Assembly: GCA_018969615.1 (NCBI GenBank)
Contig: JAGWYA010000001.1
Coordinates: forward strand, 169,141 to 233,140
Length of the DNA: 64,000 bases
Reading direction: 5' to 3'
Source of the DNA: Patescibacteria group bacterium
GTDB taxonomy: Bacteria; Patescibacteriota; Minisyncoccia; UBA6257; 02-FULL-45-10c
The translations under genes were made by a program, and so were the position numbers. The notes under the pieces were generated by a model, which saw only the letters and a program-made list of their open reading frames with translations, did no database searches and was not told the origin of the DNA. Shown here one piece after another: positions 37,909 through 46,683 of the stretch (position 1 is its first letter; each line of letters opens with the position of its first letter).

Positions 37909-38289
37909 TCAATTATAGCTCAACGCGGCTAAGGCAAGCGATGCGAAAAGAATAGCAAAATCCCGGAAGATGATGTCTAGGGCGCCAATGTTTGCGACGA
38001 TGATTCCGACAAGCGTGAGCGCCGAAAGTAGCGCTGCATAAAACGCTCTCTTTCCAGTCAAAAGCCATAGCGACAAAACTATTTGATATGTCGAAAATCC
38101 AGCGAGGAGCAAATTCGCCGGGAATATATGGCGCAGAAATACCGGCAGATATCCTATCCACGCATCGGGCTCGATGAAGGACGCCACGGCCGCATAAAGG
38201 AACACAGACGCCAAGCCAATCCTCAAGAGGAATGAAGCGAAAGAAAGTGATGCATGCGAGCCATCCTTTTTGTCCATTATTGGATTCAT
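37909..38289 (-). CDS. DoxX-like small membrane protein.
   Basis: 4 TM, 126 aa. Confidence 0.55.
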   Translation of the reverse strand: MNPIMDKKDGSHASLSFASFLLRIGLASVFLYAAVASFIEPDAWIGYLPVFLRHIFPANLLLAGFSTYQIVLSLWLLTGKRAFYAALLSALTLVGIIVANIGALDIIFRDFAILFASLALAALSYN

Positions 38290-38298
38290 CGATTGAAT

Positions 38299-38796
38299 TT
38301 ACTGGACCACTACCGTTCCACCTTCGCTCGGATTCAGGTGGTTGTGATATCCCCAGCTGCCAACGTAGATGAAAGTAAACGACCAGGAACCCCCGGGGGC
38401 GATGTTACTGCAAGAATCGAAGGTACTCCCTACGCAGCCGCCGGTTGTGGGATAGCCGTTATGGATCGGGTGTGGATTGGAGGCCACGCGCACATCGTCA
38501 GAAGCGGCATTCTTGAATATCACAACCCCTCCTTTCGGAATTGTGATTGTCGATGGAGAAAATCCCGAGTCCGTATAGGTAACGACATATTGAGCGCTCG
38601 TCTGAGGCGAAAGAGTGGATTGCTCCAAAGAGGAGGTTGCCGACGTTGTTGTGGGTTGTAACGGCTGGTCTGCAGTCGGCGCAGGGCGTGACTGATTCTG
38701 GGCTGAGTACCAATGTGCCAATTCGCCAACCGCTATGATCATGACAATAACAAGAAAAACCCCGCCGGCTAATGATACAAATCGCCTGGAGATCAT
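38299..38796 (-). CDS. Membrane-anchored cupredoxin-like / beta-sandwich domain protein.
   Basis: Signal anchor, Pro/Thr/Ser linker, then a roughly 100-aa beta-rich domain with HPIH...C...C...HNH that could form a metal site. Inference. Confidence 0.45.
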   Translation of the reverse strand: MISRRFVSLAGGVFLVIVMIIAVGELAHWYSAQNQSRPAPTADQPLQPTTTSATSSLEQSTLSPQTSAQYVVTYTDSGFSPSTITIPKGGVVIFKNAASDDVRVASNPHPIHNGYPTTGGCVGSTFDSCSNIAPGGSWSFTFIYVGSWGYHNHLNPSEGGTVVVQ

Positions 38797-38891
38797 ATAA
38801 TATCAAATATTAATTATATATTTAAGAATACCATAATTGTTCATGAAAAACATCGCGGTTTCACTGACGATACCCCCTCCTACGAACCCTC

Positions 38892-38981
38892 CTCTTTGGA
38901 ACCTGCCTGCCGGCAGGCAGGCCCGGCGGTTCCAACGCCCCGCATTTTGCGGGGCTACCTCCGCTTATATTTCTGCTCCCC
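38892..38981. repeat. Copy 3 (internally deleted) of the repeat family. It has the 5' module including the TGCCTGCCGGCAGGCA palindrome and the terminal TTTCTGCTCCCC, but lacks the long palindrome.
   Basis: Near-identical to 37508-37580 of copy 1. Confidence 0.7.
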
Positions 38982-39158
38982 AGATAACTTCGTTGCCCGG
39001 GATCACCTCGAAGAAAATAAAAATACGCCTACGCTCCCCGGGGCTTTTCGTCCGCCTTCGGCAGAATCAGGGCGAAAAGAAGCGGTAAGGAATCGGCTCC
39101 GCCGATGACTTCGTAGCCGCTGAGGGATACGAACCTTCGGTTCGATCAATACGGCCCG

Positions 39159-39382
39159 GGAGGGAATCTCACTCGCGCTCGCTTGATCTTACTGACAGGA
39201 CGCTCGCGCTCTTTGGAACCCAGCGGTTCCAACGCCCCGCCCTGCGGGGCTGCCTCCGCTACGGAGAAACTTCTCGCCTCGCTAAAGCTTTGGCGAAGCG
39301 GGCCGTTTCCCCGACCCCCTTCCCGTTCGATCCCTACCCGGAGAAACATAAAGACCGGCATATGCCGGTCTTTATGTTTCTG
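39159..39382. repeat. Copy 2 of the repeat family, directly abutting the tRNA-Asn gene. It contains GTTCGATCCCTACCCGG (39325-39341), identical to the tRNA 3' end but in opposite orientation, and a 40-bp perfect palindrome (39342-39381).
   Basis: Aligned to copy 1. The GCCCCGC hairpin is retained with a different loop. The palindrome carries a compensatory G-to-T / C-to-A pair relative to copy 1. Confidence 0.8.
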
Positions 39383-39454
39383 CTCCCCGGGTAGGGATCG
39401 AACCTACGACCTTCTCGTTAACAGCGAGCTGCTCTACCGCTGAGCTACCGGGGA
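39383..39454 (-). tRNA. tRNA-Asn (anticodon GTT).
   Basis: Manual fold: acceptor UCCCCGG/CCGGGGA, D-arm GCUC-AGCGGUA-GAGC, anticodon loop CU-GUU-AA, T-arm GUAGG-UUCGAUC-CCUAC, discriminator G. CCA not encoded. Confidence 0.85.
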
Positions 39455-39465
39455 ATATGTTACCC

Positions 39466-39494
39466 ATAATACTTAATCTATCCATAAAAATCAA
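39466..39494 (-). promoter_or_regulatory. Sigma-70-like promoter of tRNA-Asn: -35 TTGATT, 17-nt spacer, -10 TATTAT, 11 nt before the tRNA 5' end.
   Basis: Read on the minus strand. Confidence 0.55.
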
Positions 39495-39496
39495 AC

Positions 39497-39527
39497 GATA
39501 AAAAAGTCCCCGGTCATGCCGGGGACT
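39497..39527 (-). terminator. Terminator of 39514..39795 (AGTCCCCGG-CATGA-CCGGGGACT plus T6), insulating it from the tRNA promoter.
   Basis: Read directly. Confidence 0.75.
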
Positions 39528-39795
39528 TCATTTTTCTGATGTCGAGGAGATAGGTATCCTGGAGAGACGGGGTAAAGTTGCAGTACTTACACCAAGAGCC
39601 ACCGTCGAGCATGAACTGCAAGGGATTATCGCACTCCGCGCAATGCAGGATCGACTTCACCGACTCGTCCCGCTCAGATGCCTTGCACAAAGGGCAATAC
39701 CGCAGCCGATTATTTCCGATCTGCAACGGGACGCCGCACGGCTGACACCATAGAACGCGCTTCGGACCCAACGCGACCGGCCTGAGTATCGACAT
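39514..39795 (-). CDS. Small double zinc-ribbon protein (four CxxC pairs).
   Basis: CQPCG...CPLCK...CAECD...CKYCN. 93 aa. Confidence 0.55.
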   Translation of the reverse strand: MSILRPVALGPKRVLWCQPCGVPLQIGNNRLRYCPLCKASERDESVKSILHCAECDNPLQFMLDGGSWCKYCNFTPSLQDTYLLDIRKMKSPA

Positions 39796-39862
39796 GCATC
39801 CTCCTTTTGAAAAGAGAATGAGCTGCCTCTACTCTATACCGCGAAGGACCGCCAAGTCAATC

Positions 39863-42109
39863 TTAAACGATCTCGCACACGCCGCCGACGCACGCGAGCT
39901 CTTTCGCGCCCTGGGTCTCATCTTCCTTTTCATACAAAAGGATCTGCGAGAAATCGACGTCCGGAAACTGCGCCATCAAACGGTCATAGCCTTCTTTTGA
40001 GATCTCTTCATACGGGGCAAGTTCATAGACATGCTCTTCCCGCGGCAGGAACGACAAGCCGCCGACCAAGTCCCAGTTCTCGTAGACCCAGTTCGCGACC
40101 GCGATCCATTCGTTCTCTCCCACCGAGACCGTAATGGACGGATTATGCTCGGTAAAGTTCTCCTTCACCTTTTTCCAGTATTCCAGCTGCTCAAGCGCCG
40201 TCAGATCGTTCCGGAACACCGCCTTCGTCGGCGCCTTCACCGGAAATTCGAGCACAAAGGTCGTCGGGTTCGCCTCCTGTCCTACTTCCGGATAGAACGG
40301 CATCTTCTGGTCGCGAAGCATCTTGAAAAGGCTGTCAGTCGCCGCGATACGGACCCGGCGGATATAATACTGCGCATGGCGCGTATGAATGCCGGACGAA
40401 GCGTCCACGAGCTGCGAAACGGTCCCGGAGGGCTTCACGCAGGTCACCGACGCCGACGCGTTGATCCCGAACCGTTTTGCATATTCCTCGTTCACTTCGA
40501 TCGCGCGATCGCGCAATTTCCGGAACAATTTACCGGTATCTTTATGCAAGACCGGGCAATCCCACTGGCCCGTGATCGAAACGCCCAGCAGCCGCTCCTC
40601 GTCGCAGTTCTGTTTCCACTCTTTCGAAAGATACGGAAAATTCGTCAGCGTGGACTGGTACGTCCCCAGGATCGCCGCGAGGCGGATCTTGCGGAGCAAT
40701 GTCGCCTCGGTATCGCCTGCACGGGCAACCACTTCGGATAGATTGCAGAATTCCTTGGAACGCAGGATGATCTCTCCGCATGGGTTGCTTCCCGAGGTCG
40801 CACCCTTCTTCTGGAACAGCTTCCAGCGGCGTTCCGGCATCTGCTTCTGCAAACTGCCGCGGTTGAAAATGCCGCGCTCGCCGGTTCCGCTCTTGGCAAG
40901 CGCGATCCATTCATCCATAAAAACGCTCGCGGTCGGCTTGCTGGTATAAGCGGTCGAATTGTTCGCCATGCTCCGCTGCGGTTCCGTGAGATAGAACTGA
41001 CCCTTCTTGGCATCGCGCATCCCGTCATCATCCAGATCGGACAGCGAGATCAGCGCACTGCGGCGGACGCCGCCCATGACCACTACCTCGCCGATCTTGC
41101 AGACGATATCGTGGACATCGATCGGGCGCAGGCGGCGGTTCTGGTTCGCAAGGATCCGTTCACGCACGAACGTCAGGACCGAGCGAAGCGGAGCCGGGCC
41201 CGAGCTCTTCCCGCCCATCGTCTTCAAGCGCGCACCCGCCGGGCGGAGCTTCTCAAAACTGAACGAAATATCCTTTCCGCCAAACCAGGTTTCCATGCCC
41301 AAAAGCAGGGCATCCGCCCACCCCTCCTTGCTGTCCTCGATCACATGCACGGGCAATTTCTTTCCGGTCTGCGGCTTTACCTGCGGCAGCTGCTGGACCG
41401 TCTGCTGCTCCACTGAAAAGCCGACGCCGGCGCCGCACATCAGGACATACATGATCTCCGCGAAATCACGCAGCTTCGTCGGCGCGACATAAGAACAGTT
41501 ATACCCCGCGACATTCGTCGCTTTCGCCGCATATCCCGCGCTCCACACCAGGCGCATGGACGGCATCACCTCCTGGCGCAGGATCGCTTCGCGCACTTCC
41601 TGATATTCTTTCTTCGTCAGCTTCGATCCGAGGTTCTCTCTCATGAAGGTCATATAGCGGTCGACGGTCTCGATCCACGTCTCGCGGCGGTCCTCGGCGT
41701 CGATCCAGCGCGAATACGTCCGATAATAAATGAATTCGGAAAGCGGATTCTTAAAATACTTTTTACTCTCTTCCGCGAGAGCTTTTACATGCGCAGGAAC
41801 CTCTTTTTTCTTCTCGCGCAGCGCGGCGCGTTCCTGCCGATACAAAATATAGGCCTTTGCGGTCTTCGCATAATCGGACAAGATCAGATTCTCTTCAACC
41901 GTGTCCTGGACATTCTCGATCCCGATGCTGGCATGGCTCGGATATTTTTTCCGCAGCTCTTTCACGACCCGGTCGGAAACCATCGCCGCATCCTCCGCTC
42001 CCCCTTCATGCGTCACCTGCATCGCTTTCGCGATCGCGTTGGTAATATGCGTCTGATCGAACGGCACAACCCGACCATCCCGCTTCCGCACTGTTTGAGT
42101 TGACGACAT
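39863..42109 (-). CDS. nrdJ: Class II (adenosylcobalamin-dependent) ribonucleoside-diphosphate/triphosphate reductase with an N-terminal ATP-cone.
   Basis: ATP-cone (VRKRDGRVVPFDQTHI), active-site NPCGEI, C-terminal CVGGVCEIV redox pair. 748 aa, monomeric class II size. Confidence 0.9.
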   Translation of the reverse strand: MSSTQTVRKRDGRVVPFDQTHITNAIAKAMQVTHEGGAEDAAMVSDRVVKELRKKYPSHASIGIENVQDTVEENLILSDYAKTAKAYILYRQERAALREKKKEVPAHVKALAEESKKYFKNPLSEFIYYRTYSRWIDAEDRRETWIETVDRYMTFMRENLGSKLTKKEYQEVREAILRQEVMPSMRLVWSAGYAAKATNVAGYNCSYVAPTKLRDFAEIMYVLMCGAGVGFSVEQQTVQQLPQVKPQTGKKLPVHVIEDSKEGWADALLLGMETWFGGKDISFSFEKLRPAGARLKTMGGKSSGPAPLRSVLTFVRERILANQNRRLRPIDVHDIVCKIGEVVVMGGVRRSALISLSDLDDDGMRDAKKGQFYLTEPQRSMANNSTAYTSKPTASVFMDEWIALAKSGTGERGIFNRGSLQKQMPERRWKLFQKKGATSGSNPCGEIILRSKEFCNLSEVVARAGDTEATLLRKIRLAAILGTYQSTLTNFPYLSKEWKQNCDEERLLGVSITGQWDCPVLHKDTGKLFRKLRDRAIEVNEEYAKRFGINASASVTCVKPSGTVSQLVDASSGIHTRHAQYYIRRVRIAATDSLFKMLRDQKMPFYPEVGQEANPTTFVLEFPVKAPTKAVFRNDLTALEQLEYWKKVKENFTEHNPSITVSVGENEWIAVANWVYENWDLVGGLSFLPREEHVYELAPYEEISKEGYDRLMAQFPDVDFSQILLYEKEDETQGAKELACVGGVCEIV

Positions 42110-42210
42110 GAAATTGAAAAGATGAATTATTATCTTTCATCATACGCCAAATATCCGCCGACTCCCAGAGAATTCTGTGGATAGAAACGGCGCCGAAACG
42201 CGCAGTGCGA

Positions 42211-42249
42211 AAAAAGAACGGTCAAAGCCTCCATTTCGGAGGCTTTGAC
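42211..42249 (-). terminator. Terminator (GTCAAAGCCTCC-ATTTC-GGAGGCTTTGAC plus T6) after the small ORF and the ftsAZ operon.
   Basis: 12-bp perfect stem. Confidence 0.75.
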
Positions 42250-42398
42250 TACATCATGCCCGCTTCTTCGGAGCCTTCATCGCTCAGATCCATGCGAGCG
42301 TCGCTCTCAAAAGCAAGGTCGGTATATTTTTGTAATTCTTTCCGGAGCGCTTTCCGTTCTTTTTCGGAAAGTTCGCGGATCCCTTCGGACATCGCCAT
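42249..42398 (-). CDS. Possible 49-aa acidic protein (MAMSEGIRELSEKERKALRKELQKYTDLAFESDARMDLSDEGSEEAGMM) between ftsZ and nrdJ.
   Basis: ATG at 42396-42398. Stop abuts a strong terminator. Below the 60-aa ORF-track cutoff. Confidence 0.3.
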   Translation of the reverse strand: MAMSEGIRELSEKERKALRKELQKYTDLAFESDARMDLSDEGSEEAGMM

Positions 42399-42411
42399 AA
42401 TGATCAATAGA

Positions 42412-43587
42412 TTATTTTTTCTTTTTTCTTAAAAATGCGGGGATATCCCAGATATCGGACGATTTCTTCGGCGGCTCTCCTTTCCCATGACGCGCTTCTT
42501 CGTTCTTTTTCTTCGGTTCGGGAAGCTCGCGCACTTCGCTCCTGATCGTCAGCGTCTCTTCGACACGGACTTCCGCAGGGGCGGCAAACAAGTTCGATAA
42601 GGCCGGTGCGGAGCGCTGGAAAGACGGGCCGCCGGTGAATCCGGTCGCGACCAGCGTTACTTTCAGTTCGCTCGCCTTCATATTCTTGTCCTGATAAGCG
42701 CCGAAAATGATCTTTGCCGCAGGGTCAACCGCATCCGAGATCGTCTTTGCGATCTCATTGATCTCGCTCATCTTCATGTCCTTCGTCCCCGAAACGCTGA
42801 ACAGAACCCCCCGCGCTCCATCAACCGAAACCTCGAGCAACGGCGAGTTAAGCGCCTGCGTCACGGCGGCCATCGCGCGGTCCTGTCCGGATGCGATACC
42901 GATACCCACCAGCGCATTTCCCGCATTTTCCATGATCGCCTTCACGTCGGCGAAATCAACGTTGATGATGCCAGGCATCGCGATCAGTTCCGCTACGCCC
43001 TGGATCGCATACTTCAAAATATCGTCCACCGCTTCGAACGCCTTGATAAGCGTCGTATCCTTTTCGATCACCGAGAAGATACGGTCGTTCGGAACCACGA
43101 TGAGCGTATCCACTTTTTCTTTCAAAGTTGAAAGGGCGTCCTGTGCGATCCGCGACCGATGCGCGCCCTCGAACGTGAACGGCTTCGTGACCACCGCGAT
43201 CGTCAGTGCGCCCATTTCCTTTGCGGTCTCCGCAACGACCGCTGATGCGCCGCTGCCGGTCCCGCCGCCAAGGCCCGCGGTGATGAACACCAGGTCAGCG
43301 CCCTTGAGCGCTTCGCTGATCTCGGAGCGCGTCTCTTCGGCCGCCTGCCGCCCCATTTCCGGGTTCATGCCGGTTCCCAATCCTTTGGTCAGGTTCTTGC
43401 CGATATGGATCTTCGTGTCCGCCTTGCAGAGCTCCAGGTCCTGCGTATCCGTATTGATCGCAATAAAATCAACCCCTTTAAAAAGGTCTTTCCGCATGCG
43501 CGAGATGGCATTATTGCCGCCTCCGCCGACGCCGACCACTTTGATCGTCGCCATTTCGTGTTTCAGTTCGTTCGATTTGTGTGCCAT
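42412..43587 (-). CDS. ftsZ: Cell division protein FtsZ.
   Basis: GGGTGSG tubulin signature, NTD. Confidence 0.97.
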   Translation of the reverse strand: MAHKSNELKHEMATIKVVGVGGGGNNAISRMRKDLFKGVDFIAINTDTQDLELCKADTKIHIGKNLTKGLGTGMNPEMGRQAAEETRSEISEALKGADLVFITAGLGGGTGSGASAVVAETAKEMGALTIAVVTKPFTFEGAHRSRIAQDALSTLKEKVDTLIVVPNDRIFSVIEKDTTLIKAFEAVDDILKYAIQGVAELIAMPGIINVDFADVKAIMENAGNALVGIGIASGQDRAMAAVTQALNSPLLEVSVDGARGVLFSVSGTKDMKMSEINEIAKTISDAVDPAAKIIFGAYQDKNMKASELKVTLVATGFTGGPSFQRSAPALSNLFAAPAEVRVEETLTIRSEVRELPEPKKKNEEARHGKGEPPKKSSDIWDIPAFLRKKKK

Positions 43588-43596
43588 ACCAATAGA

Positions 43597-44832
43597 TTAC
43601 GGAAGCAGGTTCTTCAGCATCTGTTTTGCCCAACCGGTCACGTTTCCGCCGCCGAACGATCCTTCGCCAAGCGTCCGCTCGCGGGCCTGCAATAACAGTC
43701 CCATCGCACAGACGAACTCGGGATCCTCAAGCTGGAGGCTCAGCTCGCCGCTCGGGACCTCTAAAGACGAGGTATCCGAGATACCGATCTGCGCCGGCAG
43801 TTTCATTTCCGATTTTGCAAAGTCGATGATCCCCGGCAGCTTCGCTCCTCCGCCGACAAGGACAACGCCGATCGGCAACTTTCCCGCACGGCCGATAAGC
43901 TTCAATTCATTATCGACGAATTCCAGGATCTCTGCAAGTCGAACTTCAATGATATCGATCACTGACCTGCGGGATACGGAACCCTTCGCATGCGGATCGA
44001 TCTTTTTGAGGTCGATCTGCTCGCGCCCCGAAACACCCTTCATCGAAGCGGCGCCGAAGGTCAGTTTCACGACCTCAGCGGCATCGATCGAGGTCTTCAG
44101 TCCGATCGCGAGATCGTTCGTAATGTTCCCCGACCCTACCGGAAACACCGCCGAATGCAGAAGCTTGTTCTCTTCGTAGACGCACATGCTCGTCGTACCG
44201 AATCCGATGTCCACCAGCACTACCCCAAGTTCTTTTTGGTTCTTGGAAAGCACCGCCCCGGCATCCGCAAGCGGCGTAAAGATCGGTCCGCCGACCGTCC
44301 CGCCCGCCATCTCAATACATTTATATAAATTCTTCACCGCCGGTGCGAACGCATCGATAATGACACTGTTCACTTCAAGCCGGTTACCGGTCATCCCGAT
44401 CGGATCGCGGATATCGCCGATACCGTCGACAATAAACTCGCGCGTGATCGCATGAAGCACCATGCGATTCGGCGGAAGATGGATCGCCTGCGACGCCTGC
44501 TTCGCCCGGTCGATATCATCCGTATAGATCTCGCTGTCGGCGCGCGAAACAGCAACAATGCCGCGGGACGATTGAATATGAATATCGGAGCCGCCCACGT
44601 TCACAAAGATATTTTTAAGCGCGCTCTTATGGTCCCGCTTGATGTCGCTGAATAAAACATTGAGCGAACGCGTCATTTCACCCAGATCATCGATGCTTCC
44701 CTTTCGCATGCCGCCGGACGGCTGTTTGATGAGCCGTACCAACGCCAATCCGCCGTCATTTTTTACCTCCGCGATGACCGCTTTCAGGTTGCTTGATCCA
44801 ATATCTAAACCGAGTAAAAAAGTATTCGCCAT
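43597..44832 (-). CDS. ftsA: Cell division protein FtsA.
   Basis: Actin-like ATPase (LGLDIGSSNLKAVIAE...). Directly upstream of ftsZ. Confidence 0.9.
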   Translation of the reverse strand: MANTFLLGLDIGSSNLKAVIAEVKNDGGLALVRLIKQPSGGMRKGSIDDLGEMTRSLNVLFSDIKRDHKSALKNIFVNVGGSDIHIQSSRGIVAVSRADSEIYTDDIDRAKQASQAIHLPPNRMVLHAITREFIVDGIGDIRDPIGMTGNRLEVNSVIIDAFAPAVKNLYKCIEMAGGTVGGPIFTPLADAGAVLSKNQKELGVVLVDIGFGTTSMCVYEENKLLHSAVFPVGSGNITNDLAIGLKTSIDAAEVVKLTFGAASMKGVSGREQIDLKKIDPHAKGSVSRRSVIDIIEVRLAEILEFVDNELKLIGRAGKLPIGVVLVGGGAKLPGIIDFAKSEMKLPAQIGISDTSSLEVPSGELSLQLEDPEFVCAMGLLLQARERTLGEGSFGGGNVTGWAKQMLKNLLP

Positions 44833-44859
44833 AACGCGCCGGAGCTCAGCCCGCCCTCC

Positions 44860-45267
44860 TTATTTCAGCTTCCGCATGAGGGATCGTTCTCGTTTCTCCA
44901 TAACTATTCTATCATTCTTTCGCTCATGGTCATAGCCCAAAATGTGCAGAACTCCGTGCACCAGCATAAACACCAGATCCTCCCTCTTTTGTTCAATATA
45001 GCGGGGGTCAAGATAGACCTCGCCAAGCGCATCGCTTGGAAATCCCGGAGGAGAAACGAACGAAAGCACATTCGTTGTCTTATCTTTTTTGCGGTATTTC
45101 TTGTTCAGCGCGCGCATCGCGTGCGGGCCGATCAAAAAAACATCGATCGGCTTCTTTAATTTCAATACCGCGGCGATCGCCTTCCCCTTCTTTACCAATA
45201 CCGGCTTATAGGACTGCAATTTTTTATCGATCACCTCGATGCGGATCTCCTTGATCATAGTACTCAA
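44860..45267 (-). CDS. ybeY: rRNA maturation endoribonuclease YbeY.
   Basis: HGVLHILGYDH zinc motif. Confidence 0.9.
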   Translation of the reverse strand: MSTMIKEIRIEVIDKKLQSYKPVLVKKGKAIAAVLKLKKPIDVFLIGPHAMRALNKKYRKKDKTTNVLSFVSPPGFPSDALGEVYLDPRYIEQKREDLVFMLVHGVLHILGYDHERKNDRIVMEKRERSLMRKLK

Positions 45268-45315
45268 AGTATACCAAGGGCGCCGGAATAAAAAAACGGC
45301 CCGAAGGCCGTTTTT

Positions 45316-45756
45316 CTATCCCAGCTTTTCTTTTACCAGCTCGCTGACCATCTTGCCGTCAGCCTTGCCTTTCATTTCGGCCATCACGGCCTTCATGACC
45401 AGGCCGGTATTGCTCTTATCCGCAACGCCCGCCAGGATCTTCTCCACCAGAGCCGCCGCTTCTTCACGCGACATCTGCTTCGGCAAATATCCCTCAATGA
45501 TCGCCAGTTCCACTTTCTCTTTGTCCGCAAGATCGGCGCGGCCGCCGGTCATAAATGCTTCAATGGACTCCTTCCGCTTCTTCGCCTCGCGGAGCAAAAC
45601 CTGCATCTCGTCGTCCGCGGTCAACTGAGCGTCCTTTCCTTTTTCGATCGCCTTGTTCTTGAGCGCCGAGTTCAGCATGCGTAAAAGCCCCACCTTATCG
45701 GCGTTCCCCGCTTTCATCGCCTCCTTGAGATCGCTCATGATCTTTTCCTGCATCAT
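45316..45756 (-). CDS. GatB/YqeY-domain protein.
   Basis: Start at Met34 (MMQEKIMSDLKEAMKAGN...). Typical YqeY. Confidence 0.8.
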   Translation of the reverse strand: MMQEKIMSDLKEAMKAGNADKVGLLRMLNSALKNKAIEKGKDAQLTADDEMQVLLREAKKRKESIEAFMTGGRADLADKEKVELAIIEGYLPKQMSREEAAALVEKILAGVADKSNTGLVMKAVMAEMKGKADGKMVSELVKEKLG

Positions 45757-45856
45757 AAAGATTATTTTTTGATTAATACTATTGTCTTTCCAGTATACCA
45801 GAACCAAAATAGATATCGGAACCGAAAACAGACCTCTTCGGTCTGTTTTGGTCAAT

Positions 45857-46066
45857 TTACATCACGCCGAGCTTGCGCGCCCGTGCGACCTCTTTCTTCT
45901 TCGCTTCGCGATAGAGCGCCGCCGCCTTCAGCTTGATCCGGCTCTTCGGACGAGTGCGGAACCGCCGTTTGCGCGCTTCGATCAACACGCCGCTGTGCTG
46001 CATTTTCTTGGTAAAGCGGTAGATGAACGAGCCCGAGGATTCATTTTCTTTGCGTCGTACCTGCAT
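45857..46066 (-). CDS. rpsU: 30S ribosomal protein S21.
   Basis: Start at Met7 of the track ORF (MQVRRKENESSGSFIYRFTKKMQHSGVLIEARKRRFR...). Confidence 0.85.
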   Translation of the reverse strand: MQVRRKENESSGSFIYRFTKKMQHSGVLIEARKRRFRTRPKSRIKLKAAALYREAKKKEVARARKLGVM

Positions 46067-46118
46067 AAGAGTATATAATAGCAAACTAACTTTTACTTAT
46101 CAACCCCCCCCTACATAC

Positions 46119-46164
46119 CTCTTCCCCTATTATTCCCGCATATGCGGGAAGAATAGGGGAAGAG
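46119..46164. repeat. 46-bp near-perfect palindrome (23-bp arms, 1 mismatch) centred on CATATG, between rpsU and the HIT gene.
   Basis: CTCTTCCCCTATTATTCCCGCAT|ATGCGGGAAGAATAGGGGAAGAG, followed by TTTTT. Confidence 0.7.
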
Positions 46165-46201
46165 ACTTTTTCATTCACCTGATCGCTATTGATGCCTGTC
46201 T

Positions 46202-46588
46202 TTAGGTGCGGGGATCATGACGAGGATGCGGCATCGCATCGATCGCCGTTTTATCCTTGACCGGGTGCCAGCCGCCCAGAATGTGCAGATGCAAATGGTC
46301 GATCACCTGCCCGCCGTCGCGGCCGACATTAAAAACGAGCTTATACCCCTTCAATCCCGCTTTCGCCGCAACTTCTTTGGCGGTATAGATCATATGCGCG
46401 AGGATATCGCGATGATTTCCCTCCAGCGACGCGATCGACTGGATATGCTCCTTCGGTACCACCAGGTCATGGATCGGAGCGGACGGATGGATATCCTTGA
46501 ATACCATCAGCGTATCGTCCTCGAATACGATATCAGCCGGCACTTCTTTTTTGGTTATCTTGCAGAAGATACATTCAACATTTGACAT
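46202..46588 (-). CDS. HIT-family nucleotide hydrolase.
   Basis: Start at Met12 (MSNVECIFCKI). HLHLHILGG histidine triad. Confidence 0.9.
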   Translation of the reverse strand: MSNVECIFCKITKKEVPADIVFEDDTLMVFKDIHPSAPIHDLVVPKEHIQSIASLEGNHRDILAHMIYTAKEVAAKAGLKGYKLVFNVGRDGGQVIDHLHLHILGGWHPVKDKTAIDAMPHPRHDPRT

Positions 46589-46683
46589 AGAACCTTTGAC
46601 AATAAACAAGAGTCGATTCAATCGACAGGACGCTCTGCTTTCTGGGTCCTACCGGTCAAATGTCAATTGTTTTTTGTTAATTG

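Noticed and set aside
39121-39160. tRNA-like CGAACC-TT-CGGTTCGATC segment.
   Set aside because: Only a T-loop-like hairpin and no cloverleaf. Interpreted as another decayed tRNA-end remnant.
39159-39382. Second tRNA or tmRNA-like gene within the repeat, because it contains GTTCGATCCCTACCCGG.
   Set aside because: The 5' partner of the T-stem (CCCG) cannot pair with CCTAC, no D- or anticodon arm can be drawn, and the 5' region does not resemble tmRNA. It is a 3'-end fragment only.
42707-44179. 490-aa plus-strand ORF.
   Set aside because: Shadow ORF opposite ftsZ/ftsA. Low-complexity S/A/P-rich translation typical of GC-rich antisense frames.
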